From the IMG/VR virus record IMGVR_UViG_3300032294_002877, positions 96,001-160,000 of that record: DNA of 64,000 bases; one strand, given 5' to 3'. Under the pieces are notes generated by a model. It was not told where the DNA came from and searched no databases. It saw only the letters and a program-made list of their open reading frames with translations. The translations under genes were made by a program, and so were the position numbers. Position 1 is the first letter of the stretch. Every line of letters begins with the position of its first letter. The stretch comes from a virus. This document shows positions 19,074 to 28,964 of the stretch, piece after piece.

Positions 19074-19805
19074 TTGAGAAAAAACAACAAAGGCTCAAAG
19101 AAAAAATCTAAGGTTATAGATCTCACAAATCAGATAGAAAATAATAGTTTAGCATCTAAAAATTCTCTTAAACCACGAACCTCCAATCAATCCGAATATA
19201 TTAGAACCATATCTGAAAATACTATTACCTTTTGTCAGGGAGTTGCCGGCTCTGGTAAAACGCATTGTGCAGTAGGCTTGGCTTTAGAGTATCTTTTAGC
19301 GTCTAAAGTCAAAAAAATTATCATAACTCGACCTGTTGTAGAAGCGGGAGAGAAGATAGGTTATTTGCCCGGAGATGCTAATACAAAATTGTTCCCATAT
19401 CTATTGCCGATAGAAGATGAAATCAATTATTTTATTGGCCCAGCTCATAACGCCTCGTTAAAACTAAATAATAAAATAGAAATAGTTCCATTGGGTTTTA
19501 TGCGTGGACGTAATTTTCATGAAAGTTTTATCATAGCTGATGAGTGTCAGAATGCTAGCTATGATCAGCTTAAAATGTTATTAACAAGAATCGGCAGAAA
19601 TAGCAAAATGGTTCTTACTGGCGATGTGCAGCAGTCAGATCTGCCAAGACATTTACAGGGTGGCTTCTACACACTATCATCTATACTAGAAGGTGTTGAA
19701 GGGGTTGGTATTTCTAAACTACAGGATGTTGATATAGTTAGAAATCCTATTATAGGTAAAATTCTAGGACGTTTAGACTCTTACGAAAATGAAAGCAAAA
19801 AATAG
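19074..19805 (+). CDS. phoH: PhoH-like ATPase
   Basis: GVAGSGKT, IITRPVVEAGEKIGYLPG, FMRGRNF, DECQNA, TGDVQQSD. TTG start after GAGGTG. Confidence 0.93.
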   Translation: MRKNNKGSKKKSKVIDLTNQIENNSLASKNSLKPRTSNQSEYIRTISENTITFCQGVAGSGKTHCAVGLALEYLLASKVKKIIITRPVVEAGEKIGYLPGDANTKLFPYLLPIEDEINYFIGPAHNASLKLNNKIEIVPLGFMRGRNFHESFIIADECQNASYDQLKMLLTRIGRNSKMVLTGDVQQSDLPRHLQGGFYTLSSILEGVEGVGISKLQDVDIVRNPIIGKILGRLDSYENESKK

Positions 19806-20367
19806 TAAATGTCTGATATTGAACTCGGACTATACCCCATTATCTGTAATTGATTGGCAGAAAGCATTGATATGGTATATCAAATATCAATATCACTCCG
19901 AGATTGGTATAGAAATAATAGATTTCTATAAAGATGATTTTATAAATGGCGTGAATAAGAAATACCCAATTCCAGCAGTTATAAAGACAACAAAATACTT
20001 TAGACTGAACAATAAAAGAGTAAATTTTTCACGTAAAAATCTATTTATAAGAGATGGTTATACTTGTCAGTATTGTGGACAAAAACCAGATATAAAATAT
20101 CTAACATATGATCATGTAATACCAAAGTCTTTATGGAGTCACGATAAAGGATCCCCAACAACATGGACAAATATTGTAACTGCTTGTGTTTCGTGCAATC
20201 GTAAAAAAGGTAATAAAACACCAAAACAAGCTATGATGAAATTACATACATTACCAATAGCTCCTAATAAAAGCGCAAAGTACTTGCCCATAACAGATTT
20301 TCTTCTTACTATAAGATCTGATATTCCTGACGAGTGGAAATTTTATTTACCAGAATCCTATTTTTAA
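19789..20367 (+). CDS. HNH endonuclease (McrA-like)
   Basis: LILNSDYTPL, FIRDGYTCQYCG, TYDHVIP, VTACVSCNRKKG. Confidence 0.88.
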   Translation: MKAKNSKCLILNSDYTPLSVIDWQKALIWYIKYQYHSEIGIEIIDFYKDDFINGVNKKYPIPAVIKTTKYFRLNNKRVNFSRKNLFIRDGYTCQYCGQKPDIKYLTYDHVIPKSLWSHDKGSPTTWTNIVTACVSCNRKKGNKTPKQAMMKLHTLPIAPNKSAKYLPITDFLLTIRSDIPDEWKFYLPESYF

Positions 20368-20368
20368 T

Positions 20369-20716
20369 ATGCCTACATATTCTTATACTTGCGATTCATG
20401 TCATAGCGATTTTGAATTATTCTTCTATATCAAGGACTACACGGAAAATCCAGAATGTATATCTTGTGGTAGCAGCAAAACGTCTAGATGTATCACTAAA
20501 GACGCTATAACACTAAATGCTTCAGTTAAAAAATCTGATAGCGAGCTGAAAACAATCGGAGATTTAGCAAACAGAAATAGAGATAAAATGAGCGAGGACC
20601 AAAAGATTAATCTATATAATAAGCACAATGACTATAAAGACAAAACTCCTCAAAAAGAACTACCAAAAGGAATGACTAGAATGAAAAAACCAGGAGTAAA
20701 GAACAAATGGACATGA
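20369..20716 (+). CDS. FmdB-family zinc-ribbon protein
   Basis: MPTYSYTCDSC...CISCGS. Confidence 0.8.
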   Translation: MPTYSYTCDSCHSDFELFFYIKDYTENPECISCGSSKTSRCITKDAITLNASVKKSDSELKTIGDLANRNRDKMSEDQKINLYNKHNDYKDKTPQKELPKGMTRMKKPGVKNKWT

Positions 20717-21063
20717 ATGACATAAATCCAGATTTTAGTAAAATGGATGATGAGACACTTAAAAATTTCCTAAAAGATCATTACTCTTCCCAAGACTATG
20801 CACAAAATCTCAGTGACGAACCAGAAAAATTATCATTATCCCCATACGAAATAGTTTTTAATGTCACGGCTAATGTTTTACAAGAAAATGAGAAAGGAGA
20901 AAAATTACGATCAAAACACATCTCTACTAAATTCTATCACATTCCCGTTCCTGTGGACGGCGACTATAATGTATTTATGGAATCTTTTTTTAAGTTTCTG
21001 GAAGAAAATCTAGCATCCGCAGCTAATAAGGCGTACGAAGAGAACAACCCCTATAAGAAATAA
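20707..21063 (+). CDS. Hypothetical protein
   Basis: 118-aa ORF tiling the operon. Confidence 0.65.
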   Translation: MDMNDINPDFSKMDDETLKNFLKDHYSSQDYAQNLSDEPEKLSLSPYEIVFNVTANVLQENEKGEKLRSKHISTKFYHIPVPVDGDYNVFMESFFKFLEENLASAANKAYEENNPYKK

Positions 21064-21068
21064 ATCAT

Positions 21069-21446
21069 ATGGAAAACTTTATTCATCAGCATAGCAAACC
21101 TAAAAACCAAAAAAACTTAAATGAATATTATTGCATGATAGGTGAGGAAGATTTTCTTGATAAAGAGAACTATCCTAGATGCAAAGACGAAGCATCAAAA
21201 AATATTTGTGCAAAAAAAGTTATCAGAACAGACGGTACTGCTAGATATAGTATCAAAACATCAGAAGATAGAAAACTTTTGAATCCTTGGTCTATATTTG
21301 ACCCTAAGGATAAAAAATTCTTAGATTCTATATCTAGAAACCAAGATCCATTTATAGACGTTAATTACAATGTTTTTGGATTATATATCAAGTTCTTAAA
21401 AACAAAAAATGTAGCGTACCTTAACAATGCAGAAAGAGAGATGTGA
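21069..21446 (+). CDS. Hypothetical protein
   Basis: 125-aa ORF tiling the operon. Confidence 0.7.
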   Translation: MENFIHQHSKPKNQKNLNEYYCMIGEEDFLDKENYPRCKDEASKNICAKKVIRTDGTARYSIKTSEDRKLLNPWSIFDPKDKKFLDSISRNQDPFIDVNYNVFGLYIKFLKTKNVAYLNNAEREM

Positions 21447-21449
21447 TAC

Positions 21450-21788
21450 ATGGCTAGATTAAACAAAACGCAAATATATGCAATTCAATGGCTTAATAGT
21501 CAAAATAAAAGTCCCGATCAAATAGCTGACGAACTCACACTATCTGTTGAACAAGTTACAAAAACAATAGAGAAACATTCAACTAGCAAAACAGATGATG
21601 ATGCTATCAAAACAGGTAAATCGCCAGTTAGTAGGTCTCATAATTTAATGATAACAGAAACAGCCAATAAGGGCACAAAAAATGTTGCGATCATGACAAA
21701 AGAAGCATCTCAGCTTAATGATGAACTAAAGAATAAGGCAGCAAATCACCCACTAACAGAGAAAGCTATTTTTAGGCCAAGGCAATAA
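21450..21788 (+). CDS. Putative helix-turn-helix protein
   Basis: KSPDQIADELTLSVEQV is HTH-like. Confidence 0.6.
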   Translation: MARLNKTQIYAIQWLNSQNKSPDQIADELTLSVEQVTKTIEKHSTSKTDDDAIKTGKSPVSRSHNLMITETANKGTKNVAIMTKEASQLNDELKNKAANHPLTEKAIFRPRQ

Positions 21789-22223
21789 ATGTTACAAGAT
21801 CCTAACAAGTATATTTCTAAATACTCTAATGGGAAAGAAGTATCCGCTGCTCAATATATAACAGAACTGATATGTGAAAATAAAGCCAGATTACAAAAAA
21901 TGGATTTACACTTTAGATTTTGGACTAATAAAACATGGTCTAAATTCTATAGAGATCAGATAGCAACATCTAATAAGCTGCTGAAAAAATATGAGCCAAA
22001 AGCTATTATAGCAGCATTACGGGATCAGGAGGCCTCAAAAATATACTCTTTGCGGGCTCCTCATCTGATCGCTATTATAGACAAACACAAGGAAATACTT
22101 GACCAACAAAACAAAGATTTCACATTATCCGTTGATAGAAAAGAGCAAAAATCTTTTAGGACGGAATCTCAAAAAAAATCAGGCATACTATCAAGACTAA
22201 AGGATATAGATAATGACAATTAA
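21789..22223 (+). CDS. Hypothetical protein
   Basis: 144-aa ORF coupled to recA. Confidence 0.7.
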   Translation: MLQDPNKYISKYSNGKEVSAAQYITELICENKARLQKMDLHFRFWTNKTWSKFYRDQIATSNKLLKKYEPKAIIAALRDQEASKIYSLRAPHLIAIIDKHKEILDQQNKDFTLSVDRKEQKSFRTESQKKSGILSRLKDIDNDN

Positions 22224-23229
22224 AGAAGATATAACTAAAAATTTTGGCGATAATATTGTTTTAACCGGTAATGCAATAGTAGACAAAAAAGTTCTCACTA
22301 TACCTGTTAGTCCATCTCTAGATATTATTCTTAATGGAGGGATACCAGAAGGTAGTTTCGTTATATTAACTGGACAGCCAAAAAGCGGAAAAACTACAAC
22401 ATCACTAGATTTTGCTGCTAATGCTCAAAAATTAGAATATGCACACGGCTCCTTCAAAGACGGTAGACAGGTATACTATCTAAATATTGAAGGTAGATTG
22501 AAAAAGAGAGATCTTGAGGGCATACCAGGACTTGATCTAACAAGATTTCATGTGATAGGAAGTCAACAAGGTAAAATTCTACACGCAGAAGAATACCTAC
22601 AGATAGGCGAAAAAATCATTAATGAGGTTCCAGGATCGGTTGTTATTATAGACTCATATTCTGCGCTATGCACAGAAGCTGAGATCACTAGCGATATGGA
22701 TAAAATGCAAAGAGCAGATGGAGCAAAATTACTAGCTAAATTCTGTAGGAAAGTAGCAAATGTTATACCCGTAAATCAAAATATTGTAATAGGTATTACT
22801 CATTTAATGGGTAACCCAACAGGCTATGGGGCTGAATTTAAAGAAAAGAGCGGTCAGGCTATAGCGTATCAGACAGATATTAAATTACGAGTAAAAACTT
22901 TCAAGCCTTGGACTTTGAGTGCAGATAATACTCAGATAGGACAAGAAATAGAGTGGCAAGTAATATGTTCGGCATTAGGCCCTCCTGGAGGTACTATTAC
23001 GTCTTATCTCAGATATGGCCAAGGCATAGATAAATATATGGAAGCCATATCGTTGGCCTCTGACCTCGGTTTAATTCAAAAGGGTGGAGCATGGTATACT
23101 CTTGTTAATACAAAGGATAAGCCAAAGTTTCAGGGTACAGAGAAGATACGAGCATTTTTATTGGAAAACCCAAGCGAATATGAGAATTTAGTCGTAAGTA
23201 TTAAACAAACTATGGGAATTAAATGCTGA
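22213..23229 (+). CDS. recA: RecA/UvsX-like recombinase
   Basis: SLDIILNGGIP, Walker A GQPKSGKTT, VIIDS, GGAWY. Confidence 0.92.
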   Translation: MTIKEDITKNFGDNIVLTGNAIVDKKVLTIPVSPSLDIILNGGIPEGSFVILTGQPKSGKTTTSLDFAANAQKLEYAHGSFKDGRQVYYLNIEGRLKKRDLEGIPGLDLTRFHVIGSQQGKILHAEEYLQIGEKIINEVPGSVVIIDSYSALCTEAEITSDMDKMQRADGAKLLAKFCRKVANVIPVNQNIVIGITHLMGNPTGYGAEFKEKSGQAIAYQTDIKLRVKTFKPWTLSADNTQIGQEIEWQVICSALGPPGGTITSYLRYGQGIDKYMEAISLASDLGLIQKGGAWYTLVNTKDKPKFQGTEKIRAFLLENPSEYENLVVSIKQTMGIKC

Positions 23230-23645
23230 TTAAAGATCTGGATAACTTAGGACATACTTGGCATATTACAGGACATATATCCAAAGGACGGCTGACGAAT
23301 AAGTCTAGCTTGCATTTGGCCGCCCGAGAGGTTATAGTATCGGTGTTCCCAACGCTACAAGTTCTTGAGGAAGTAACAATACCTCTCAGGAGGTCTGAGA
23401 CTTTATATCTAGACTTCTATCTGCCTTTAAAAAAGATGTGCATAGAAGTGCATGGAGAGCAGCATTATAAGTTCACACCATACTATCACAACAATATGTT
23501 GGCATTTTTAAAATCTCAAAAAAGAGATAGAGAAAAAGAGGAGTGGTGTTCTATAAATTCAATTTCATATATAGTATTCCCTTATGATGAAACTCCAGAA
23601 CAATGGAAACAAAGGATAATGAGCGATGACACAAAAAACAACTAA
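23223..23645 (+). CDS. Vsr/DUF559-like PD-(D/E)XK endonuclease
   Basis: LYLDFYLP, CIEVHGEQHY, RDREKEEWC. Confidence 0.8.
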   Translation: MLIKDLDNLGHTWHITGHISKGRLTNKSSLHLAAREVIVSVFPTLQVLEEVTIPLRRSETLYLDFYLPLKKMCIEVHGEQHYKFTPYYHNNMLAFLKSQKRDREKEEWCSINSISYIVFPYDETPEQWKQRIMSDDTKNN

Positions 23646-24120
23646 AGAAGAAATACAATATTGGGATAATATATTAGATGAATATGAGACATCATTAGGT
23701 CTCAGCAAATATTCCGATACACATAGTTTTACTGAGCAGGAACTCAATGAATATTTTTCAATGAATAGAGACGCTATAGAAAAACTTAATCCTGAAGATT
23801 GTGCTCAAATAGCATATAGACTTGCTCAGTATGCATTTTTCTTACAAAGGACCATCAACAGAGAAATAGCCAGATATAACTGGGCGGATGAAAGCATCAA
23901 GGAAGTAATCGCTCCAGAGATCAACAACTATAAAGGATATGGATATATTGAAAAATCCTATCAAGCAATTAAACAAAACGATAGAGCGTCCGGACTCAAT
24001 AGTATAAGAAAATACGCCAAACAAAGAATTGACAGACTATCATATCTGGCTAACAATATTAAAAATCTATCAGACGTCATCATGTCTGTACAAAAGAATA
24101 AGGTGAAACATGGATCTTAA
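23626..24120 (+). CDS. Helical protein, possible UvsY-like recombination mediator
   Basis: All-helical 164-aa ORF two genes after recA. UvsY is inferred from context and size only. Confidence 0.4.
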   Translation: MTQKTTKEEIQYWDNILDEYETSLGLSKYSDTHSFTEQELNEYFSMNRDAIEKLNPEDCAQIAYRLAQYAFFLQRTINREIARYNWADESIKEVIAPEINNYKGYGYIEKSYQAIKQNDRASGLNSIRKYAKQRIDRLSYLANNIKNLSDVIMSVQKNKVKHGS

Positions 24121-24517
24121 TGATATGTCCAAAAATCCAGAACAGATTAAGCAGTTAATATCTCTTTTACAGCAACTATTACCACAAGAATCAGATAACC
24201 AAGCTGATGAGTCAGATTCAAAATCTGAGACACAAGATAGTGGTTATAGCGATGTTATGAGAACTAAAGGTCAAAAATCACGGAAAAATCAACACAACAA
24301 TAAGTTCTTAAGTATGAGAGAAAAGGATATGCATAAAGAAGACACGAAAGTGGATAAGCTATTATGTAAAAATAATCCTGTTTCTAGAAGTAGGGAATTT
24401 TCTTTGGTTAAAGTTACATGTCGTGTATGCGGTAAAACAGAAGAAATAAATCCTGTCTTACTGTTTGATAGTCCTAATAGATACAAATGCAACAATTGCT
24501 CAACAACTTCAGGGTGA
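24110..24517 (+). CDS. Hypothetical zinc-finger protein
   Basis: CRVCG...CNNC at the C-terminus. Confidence 0.65.
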   Translation: MDLNDMSKNPEQIKQLISLLQQLLPQESDNQADESDSKSETQDSGYSDVMRTKGQKSRKNQHNNKFLSMREKDMHKEDTKVDKLLCKNNPVSRSREFSLVKVTCRVCGKTEEINPVLLFDSPNRYKCNNCSTTSG

Positions 24518-24524
24518 TTATTTT

Positions 24525-25994
24525 ATGATTTTGTGTGACCCGTCAGCTGAACGTGCTGTTCTCAGTGGGATCTTTCATTATGGAGAACAAGTATATTTAG
24601 ATATAGCCGATCTTGTCAAAGAGTCTACTTTTACTATTGATAGCAATCAATATATATTTAAATGCCTAAAAACTATTTGCGAAACCACACAACCCAAATC
24701 GGCAATAGATATAGCATCTATCTACTCGGTTGCTCAGGACCTTGGTTTGTCGCATGTATTTAATCAAAAAGAAGAGGTTCAGCACCTAAAAGCAGTCAAA
24801 GACTTTCCTGTTAATATAGAAAATATACGAAAATTTGCAGCCAAAATTAAAAAATTGGAAATAGCCAGATCTTTACATAAAGAGATGGAAGTTATACAAG
24901 AAAAGCTTTTGGATGTTAACGGATCAGAGTCTGTTACAGCTATCATGAGCATAGCAGAAGATTCCATATTCAACTTTGCCACAAATATTTCTGGCGACAG
25001 CGATGAATCTCCAAGCCAAATCGGTTTAGGAATAGAAGAATATATACAGTTTTTACAAGAAAATACTATTGATCAGGTTGGTATTCCAACAGGATTTCCT
25101 GTATATGATCAAGCTATTGGCGGAGGTTTACGTAAAGGCACAATTAATGTTATAGGGGCAAGACCAAAAGTTGGAAAGACATTATTATCAGACAATATAG
25201 GATTTCATATCTCAAATAAGCTTAAAATTCCTGTCTTGAATATGGATACAGAAATGAGCAAAGAAGATCATATTCATAGAATTATAGCAATGAACACAGA
25301 GATAGAAGTAAATAAGATAGAGACCGGTAAATTTTCAGATTCTCCAAGCAATATAACAAAAATCAAAGATACAGTAGCAGAATTAAAGCAAACACCATTA
25401 TATCATAAAGTCATAGCCGGTAAGCCGTTTGACGAACAGCTAGCGATAATGAAAAGATGGCTCATCAAAGAAGTTGGTCTTAACGAAGATGGCACAGCGA
25501 AGGATTGCGTAATAATCTATGATTATCTAAAGCTTATGGATAGTACAGGAATATCTCAAGACATGAAAGAATATCAAGTATTGGGCTTTATGATGACGGC
25601 ACTTCACAACTTCGCTGTCAAATATAAAGTTCCTATACTAGCATTTATCCAATTAAATAGAGATGGTATTACCAAAGAAAGTACCGATTCTGCTAGTGGA
25701 TCCGATAGAATTATATGGTTGTGTAGTAATTTTAGTATTTTCAAACGAAAAAGCGATGAAGAAATAGCCGAAGATGGTGGTAAGTCTGGAAACAGAAAAT
25801 TAATACCGATTATCTCAAGACACGGTGGAGGTCTGGACGATAACGACTATATTAATTGTCACATGAAGGGTTGGTGTGCTAAGATTACAGAAGGACAGAC
25901 CAAACTGGAAATAATGAACAATAACAAAACTGAACAAGATGGATTTATAGTTGATGAAAACAATAATGAAGAACAAGTCATACCTTTCGTATAA
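24525..25994 (+). CDS. dnaB: Replicative DNA helicase
   Basis: SAERAVL, GIPTGF, GARPKVGKT, MDTEM, IIYDYLKL, IQLNR, SGSDRI. ATG 24525 preferred over 24465. Confidence 0.93.
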   Translation: MILCDPSAERAVLSGIFHYGEQVYLDIADLVKESTFTIDSNQYIFKCLKTICETTQPKSAIDIASIYSVAQDLGLSHVFNQKEEVQHLKAVKDFPVNIENIRKFAAKIKKLEIARSLHKEMEVIQEKLLDVNGSESVTAIMSIAEDSIFNFATNISGDSDESPSQIGLGIEEYIQFLQENTIDQVGIPTGFPVYDQAIGGGLRKGTINVIGARPKVGKTLLSDNIGFHISNKLKIPVLNMDTEMSKEDHIHRIIAMNTEIEVNKIETGKFSDSPSNITKIKDTVAELKQTPLYHKVIAGKPFDEQLAIMKRWLIKEVGLNEDGTAKDCVIIYDYLKLMDSTGISQDMKEYQVLGFMMTALHNFAVKYKVPILAFIQLNRDGITKESTDSASGSDRIIWLCSNFSIFKRKSDEEIAEDGGKSGNRKLIPIISRHGGGLDDNDYINCHMKGWCAKITEGQTKLEIMNNNKTEQDGFIVDENNNEEQVIPFV

Positions 25995-27111
25995 TCAATT
26001 TCAACTAAAACATTTATCGGATGTTTTATGCGACGATATAACGAATTTATTAGAAGCTCTTGGTGTCGATTTGTATAAAGATTTTGGTAAAATGATAGCT
26101 ATGAGCTGTCCAGTTCATGGAGGAGACAATGAGTCGGCATTTAACTTATATCATCAAGGAGAACACTATAGAGGCAATTGGAAATGCAGAACACATAAAT
26201 GTGAAGAAACATTTAAGGGTTCTATTATAGGATTTATTAGAGGCTGTATATCTCATAGCAAATACGGATGGCAAAAACCCGGAGATGAAATGTGTTCTTT
26301 CCAGGAGGCCCTCCAGTTTGCAACAGATTTTACTAAACAAGATCTAAAATCTATTAAAATTTCCAAAAAAGCAAAAGAAAAGAACAGCTTTATTAACTCC
26401 GTTAGATATATCAAGAATACCAATAGTAGTATACTCAATAAGGTTAATAGGTCTTTTATACGGCAGAATTTATCAATTCCGTCGGAATACTTTGTATCAA
26501 GAGGATTTTCTTCAGAGATTCTACAAAAATACGATATTGGTGAATGTACGAACCCAGATAAAGAAATGTATAATAGAGCGGTAGCGCCGATATACGACAA
26601 CGATCACAAGTATATGATAGGGTGTACTGGTAGGAGTATATTTGAAAAATGTGAAAATTGTAAAGGTTTTCATGAGGTATCAGTAGTTTGTCCATCAAAG
26701 GAAGAAGCCTGGAAATACTCGAAATGGAAACATAGCTATAAATTCAAAAGCGAAGAACATCTATATAATTTCTGGTTTGCTAAAGATTCCATAAAAGAAT
26801 CATCTACAGTTATATTAGTAGAAAGTCCGGGAAATGTATGGAGACTAGAAGAGGCCGGTATCCATAATTCTGTGGCTATTTTTGGATCATCACTAAGCGA
26901 TAGACAGAAAATGATACTGGATACCTCAGGAGCAATGACTATATTTACATTAATGGATAATGATGACGCCGGAATAAAAGCAGAAAACCAGATTATAAAT
27001 AAATGTGAAAAAACCTATAACATAAAGAAGATCCCCTTTAATTATCCAGATATTGGGTCGATGACAATAGCGCAAATACAACAGGAAATCTCACCACTAC
27101 TAATAGGATAA
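25951..27111 (+). CDS. DNA primase (CHC2 zinc finger plus TOPRIM)
   Basis: CPVHGGDNESAF...WKCRTHKC; ILVESPGNV; LMDNDDAG. The real start may be 25954 or 25966. Confidence 0.88.
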   Translation: MMKTIMKNKSYLSYNQFQLKHLSDVLCDDITNLLEALGVDLYKDFGKMIAMSCPVHGGDNESAFNLYHQGEHYRGNWKCRTHKCEETFKGSIIGFIRGCISHSKYGWQKPGDEMCSFQEALQFATDFTKQDLKSIKISKKAKEKNSFINSVRYIKNTNSSILNKVNRSFIRQNLSIPSEYFVSRGFSSEILQKYDIGECTNPDKEMYNRAVAPIYDNDHKYMIGCTGRSIFEKCENCKGFHEVSVVCPSKEEAWKYSKWKHSYKFKSEEHLYNFWFAKDSIKESSTVILVESPGNVWRLEEAGIHNSVAIFGSSLSDRQKMILDTSGAMTIFTLMDNDDAGIKAENQIINKCEKTYNIKKIPFNYPDIGSMTIAQIQQEISPLLIG

Positions 27112-27114
27112 ATA

Positions 27115-27897
27115 ATGCTAATTTTAGGAATATCAGGAAAGAAACAATCCGGTAAAACAACATCCGGTAACTTTATTTTATCTGTGTTTATGACTAATTT
27201 AAATATTAGCAAAAAAATACATATAGACAATGATGGACAAATAGTTATCTCCGATCTTTTCGGAAATGAACAGTATGCTGGGGTATTCGATCTTGCTAAG
27301 AATATCAACAGTACAGACTATCTTATACAAAAAGCAATAGATACACTAAATCCACATGTTAAACTATATAGCTTTGCAGATCCGCTCAAACAAAACATAT
27401 GTATGGATATGCTAGGATTATCATATAATCAATGTTATGGTACTGATGAAGATAAAAACACATTAACATCAATACGGTGGGAAAACATACCAGGATATAA
27501 TACATCTTCTAAATACGGATCGCATGATCCTAGCGGATTCATGACCGCGAGACAAGTAATGGAAATCGTTGGTACTAATATTTTCAGATCAATGAAAAAA
27601 GACGTATGGGTCAACGCAACACTAAATAAAATTGCCAAGGAAAAACCTAAACTAGCGATTATTACAGATTGTAGATTTCCTGACGAAATCACAGCTATAA
27701 AAAATCAAAACGGAAAAACAATAAGACTAACAAGATCAAAGTTTATTTCTGATCACGAAAGCGAATTAGTGCTAGATAAAGATAGATACGATTGGTCTAA
27801 TTTTGATTTTATTGTCGAAAACAGCGAAACAAGTATATATGATCAATGTATCGAGTTACAAAACATTTTAACACAATTATCTAAAGCGACATCATGA
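27115..27897 (+). CDS. Deoxynucleoside monophosphate kinase
   Basis: GISGKKQSGKTT, SFADPLK, TARQVME.VGT, ITDCRFPDE. Confidence 0.88.
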   Translation: MLILGISGKKQSGKTTSGNFILSVFMTNLNISKKIHIDNDGQIVISDLFGNEQYAGVFDLAKNINSTDYLIQKAIDTLNPHVKLYSFADPLKQNICMDMLGLSYNQCYGTDEDKNTLTSIRWENIPGYNTSSKYGSHDPSGFMTARQVMEIVGTNIFRSMKKDVWVNATLNKIAKEKPKLAIITDCRFPDEITAIKNQNGKTIRLTRSKFISDHESELVLDKDRYDWSNFDFIVENSETSIYDQCIELQNILTQLSKATS

Positions 27898-28937
27898 TAG
27901 TAACATATTTTCGTAGTTCTTCGTATAATACCCATTCTATGTGTGAGCAGCAGTACTTTGCTGAATACGTCTTGGGGTGGCGAGGTCTTTCCGGACAAAA
28001 GGCCGATAAAGGCACTATTGTGCATAAAGTTTTAGAGATTTTAGCCGTGATAAAAAAGGCTCTTCAAGATAAAATTACTAATGTAGAAGATGATATTATT
28101 GGTAAAATAGACTGTAATAAATATGATTTAGATAATATTATTAAGTCTGTATATAAGTATTATTCAGAAGCGAACGCTCATCATAAGTGGTCTCAGAAAG
28201 ACTACAAAGATTGCCATGCATGGGTCTATAAGGCTATAGAATTTAATAATGGGATGTTTGATCCAAGGAATCGGAACATATTGTGCCCAGAGCAACATTT
28301 TGATATAGAGATCAAAAAACCCTGGTCTGCGTATTCTTACGACACAGATGAGGGGAAATTAGAAGGATATTTAGCCATTAAGGGCACAATAGATTTAATC
28401 ACACTATTAGATTCAAATACCATAGAAATTATTGACTGGAAAACCGGTAGAAGACTGGATTGGGCAACCGGTCAAGAAAAAACACAAGAGAAACTGGAAA
28501 ATGACCCTCAACTAAGAATATATCACTATGCTATCAGTCATCTTTATCCCGAAATAGACCATATCATATTTTCTATCTATTTTATTAATGATGGTGGTCC
28601 GTTCTCTATTTGTTTTGATAAATCTGATTTGCAAAAAACAGAAGATATGCTACGCAGAAAATTTGAGATTGTCAAAAACACTAAGCGTCCCAAACTTAAT
28701 AAAAGTTGGATGTGCAATAAATTATGTCATTTTGGTAAAACAACATTTGAAAACACTGCGATTCAGCCACAAATAGAATATAGAGATAATCAAATTTGTA
28801 AGACCGGATCTGTAATGACTAAATGCGAACAAATAAAACACGATATGGACTTGCACGGCATGGATGCTGTGGTAAACTTATACAAAAATCCTGGTCACTC
28901 GTTTGGTAAATACAAAGCACCCGGAAGCACAGAATGA
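27894..28937 (+). CDS. PD-(D/E)XK exonuclease (Cas4/RecB-like)
   Basis: KGTIVHKVLE, KGTIDL, IIDWKTG, QLRIYHYA; N-terminal Cys and C-terminal CNKLC cysteines. Confidence 0.85.
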   Translation: MIVTYFRSSSYNTHSMCEQQYFAEYVLGWRGLSGQKADKGTIVHKVLEILAVIKKALQDKITNVEDDIIGKIDCNKYDLDNIIKSVYKYYSEANAHHKWSQKDYKDCHAWVYKAIEFNNGMFDPRNRNILCPEQHFDIEIKKPWSAYSYDTDEGKLEGYLAIKGTIDLITLLDSNTIEIIDWKTGRRLDWATGQEKTQEKLENDPQLRIYHYAISHLYPEIDHIIFSIYFINDGGPFSICFDKSDLQKTEDMLRRKFEIVKNTKRPKLNKSWMCNKLCHFGKTTFENTAIQPQIEYRDNQICKTGSVMTKCEQIKHDMDLHGMDAVVNLYKNPGHSFGKYKAPGSTE

Positions 28938-28964
28938 CCCCCTATTTAAAGGAGACAGACTGAG

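Noticed and set aside
27894-28937. Cas4 as part of a CRISPR system
   Set aside because: No repeat-spacer array or other cas genes; stand-alone Cas4-like nucleases are common in phage replication modules.
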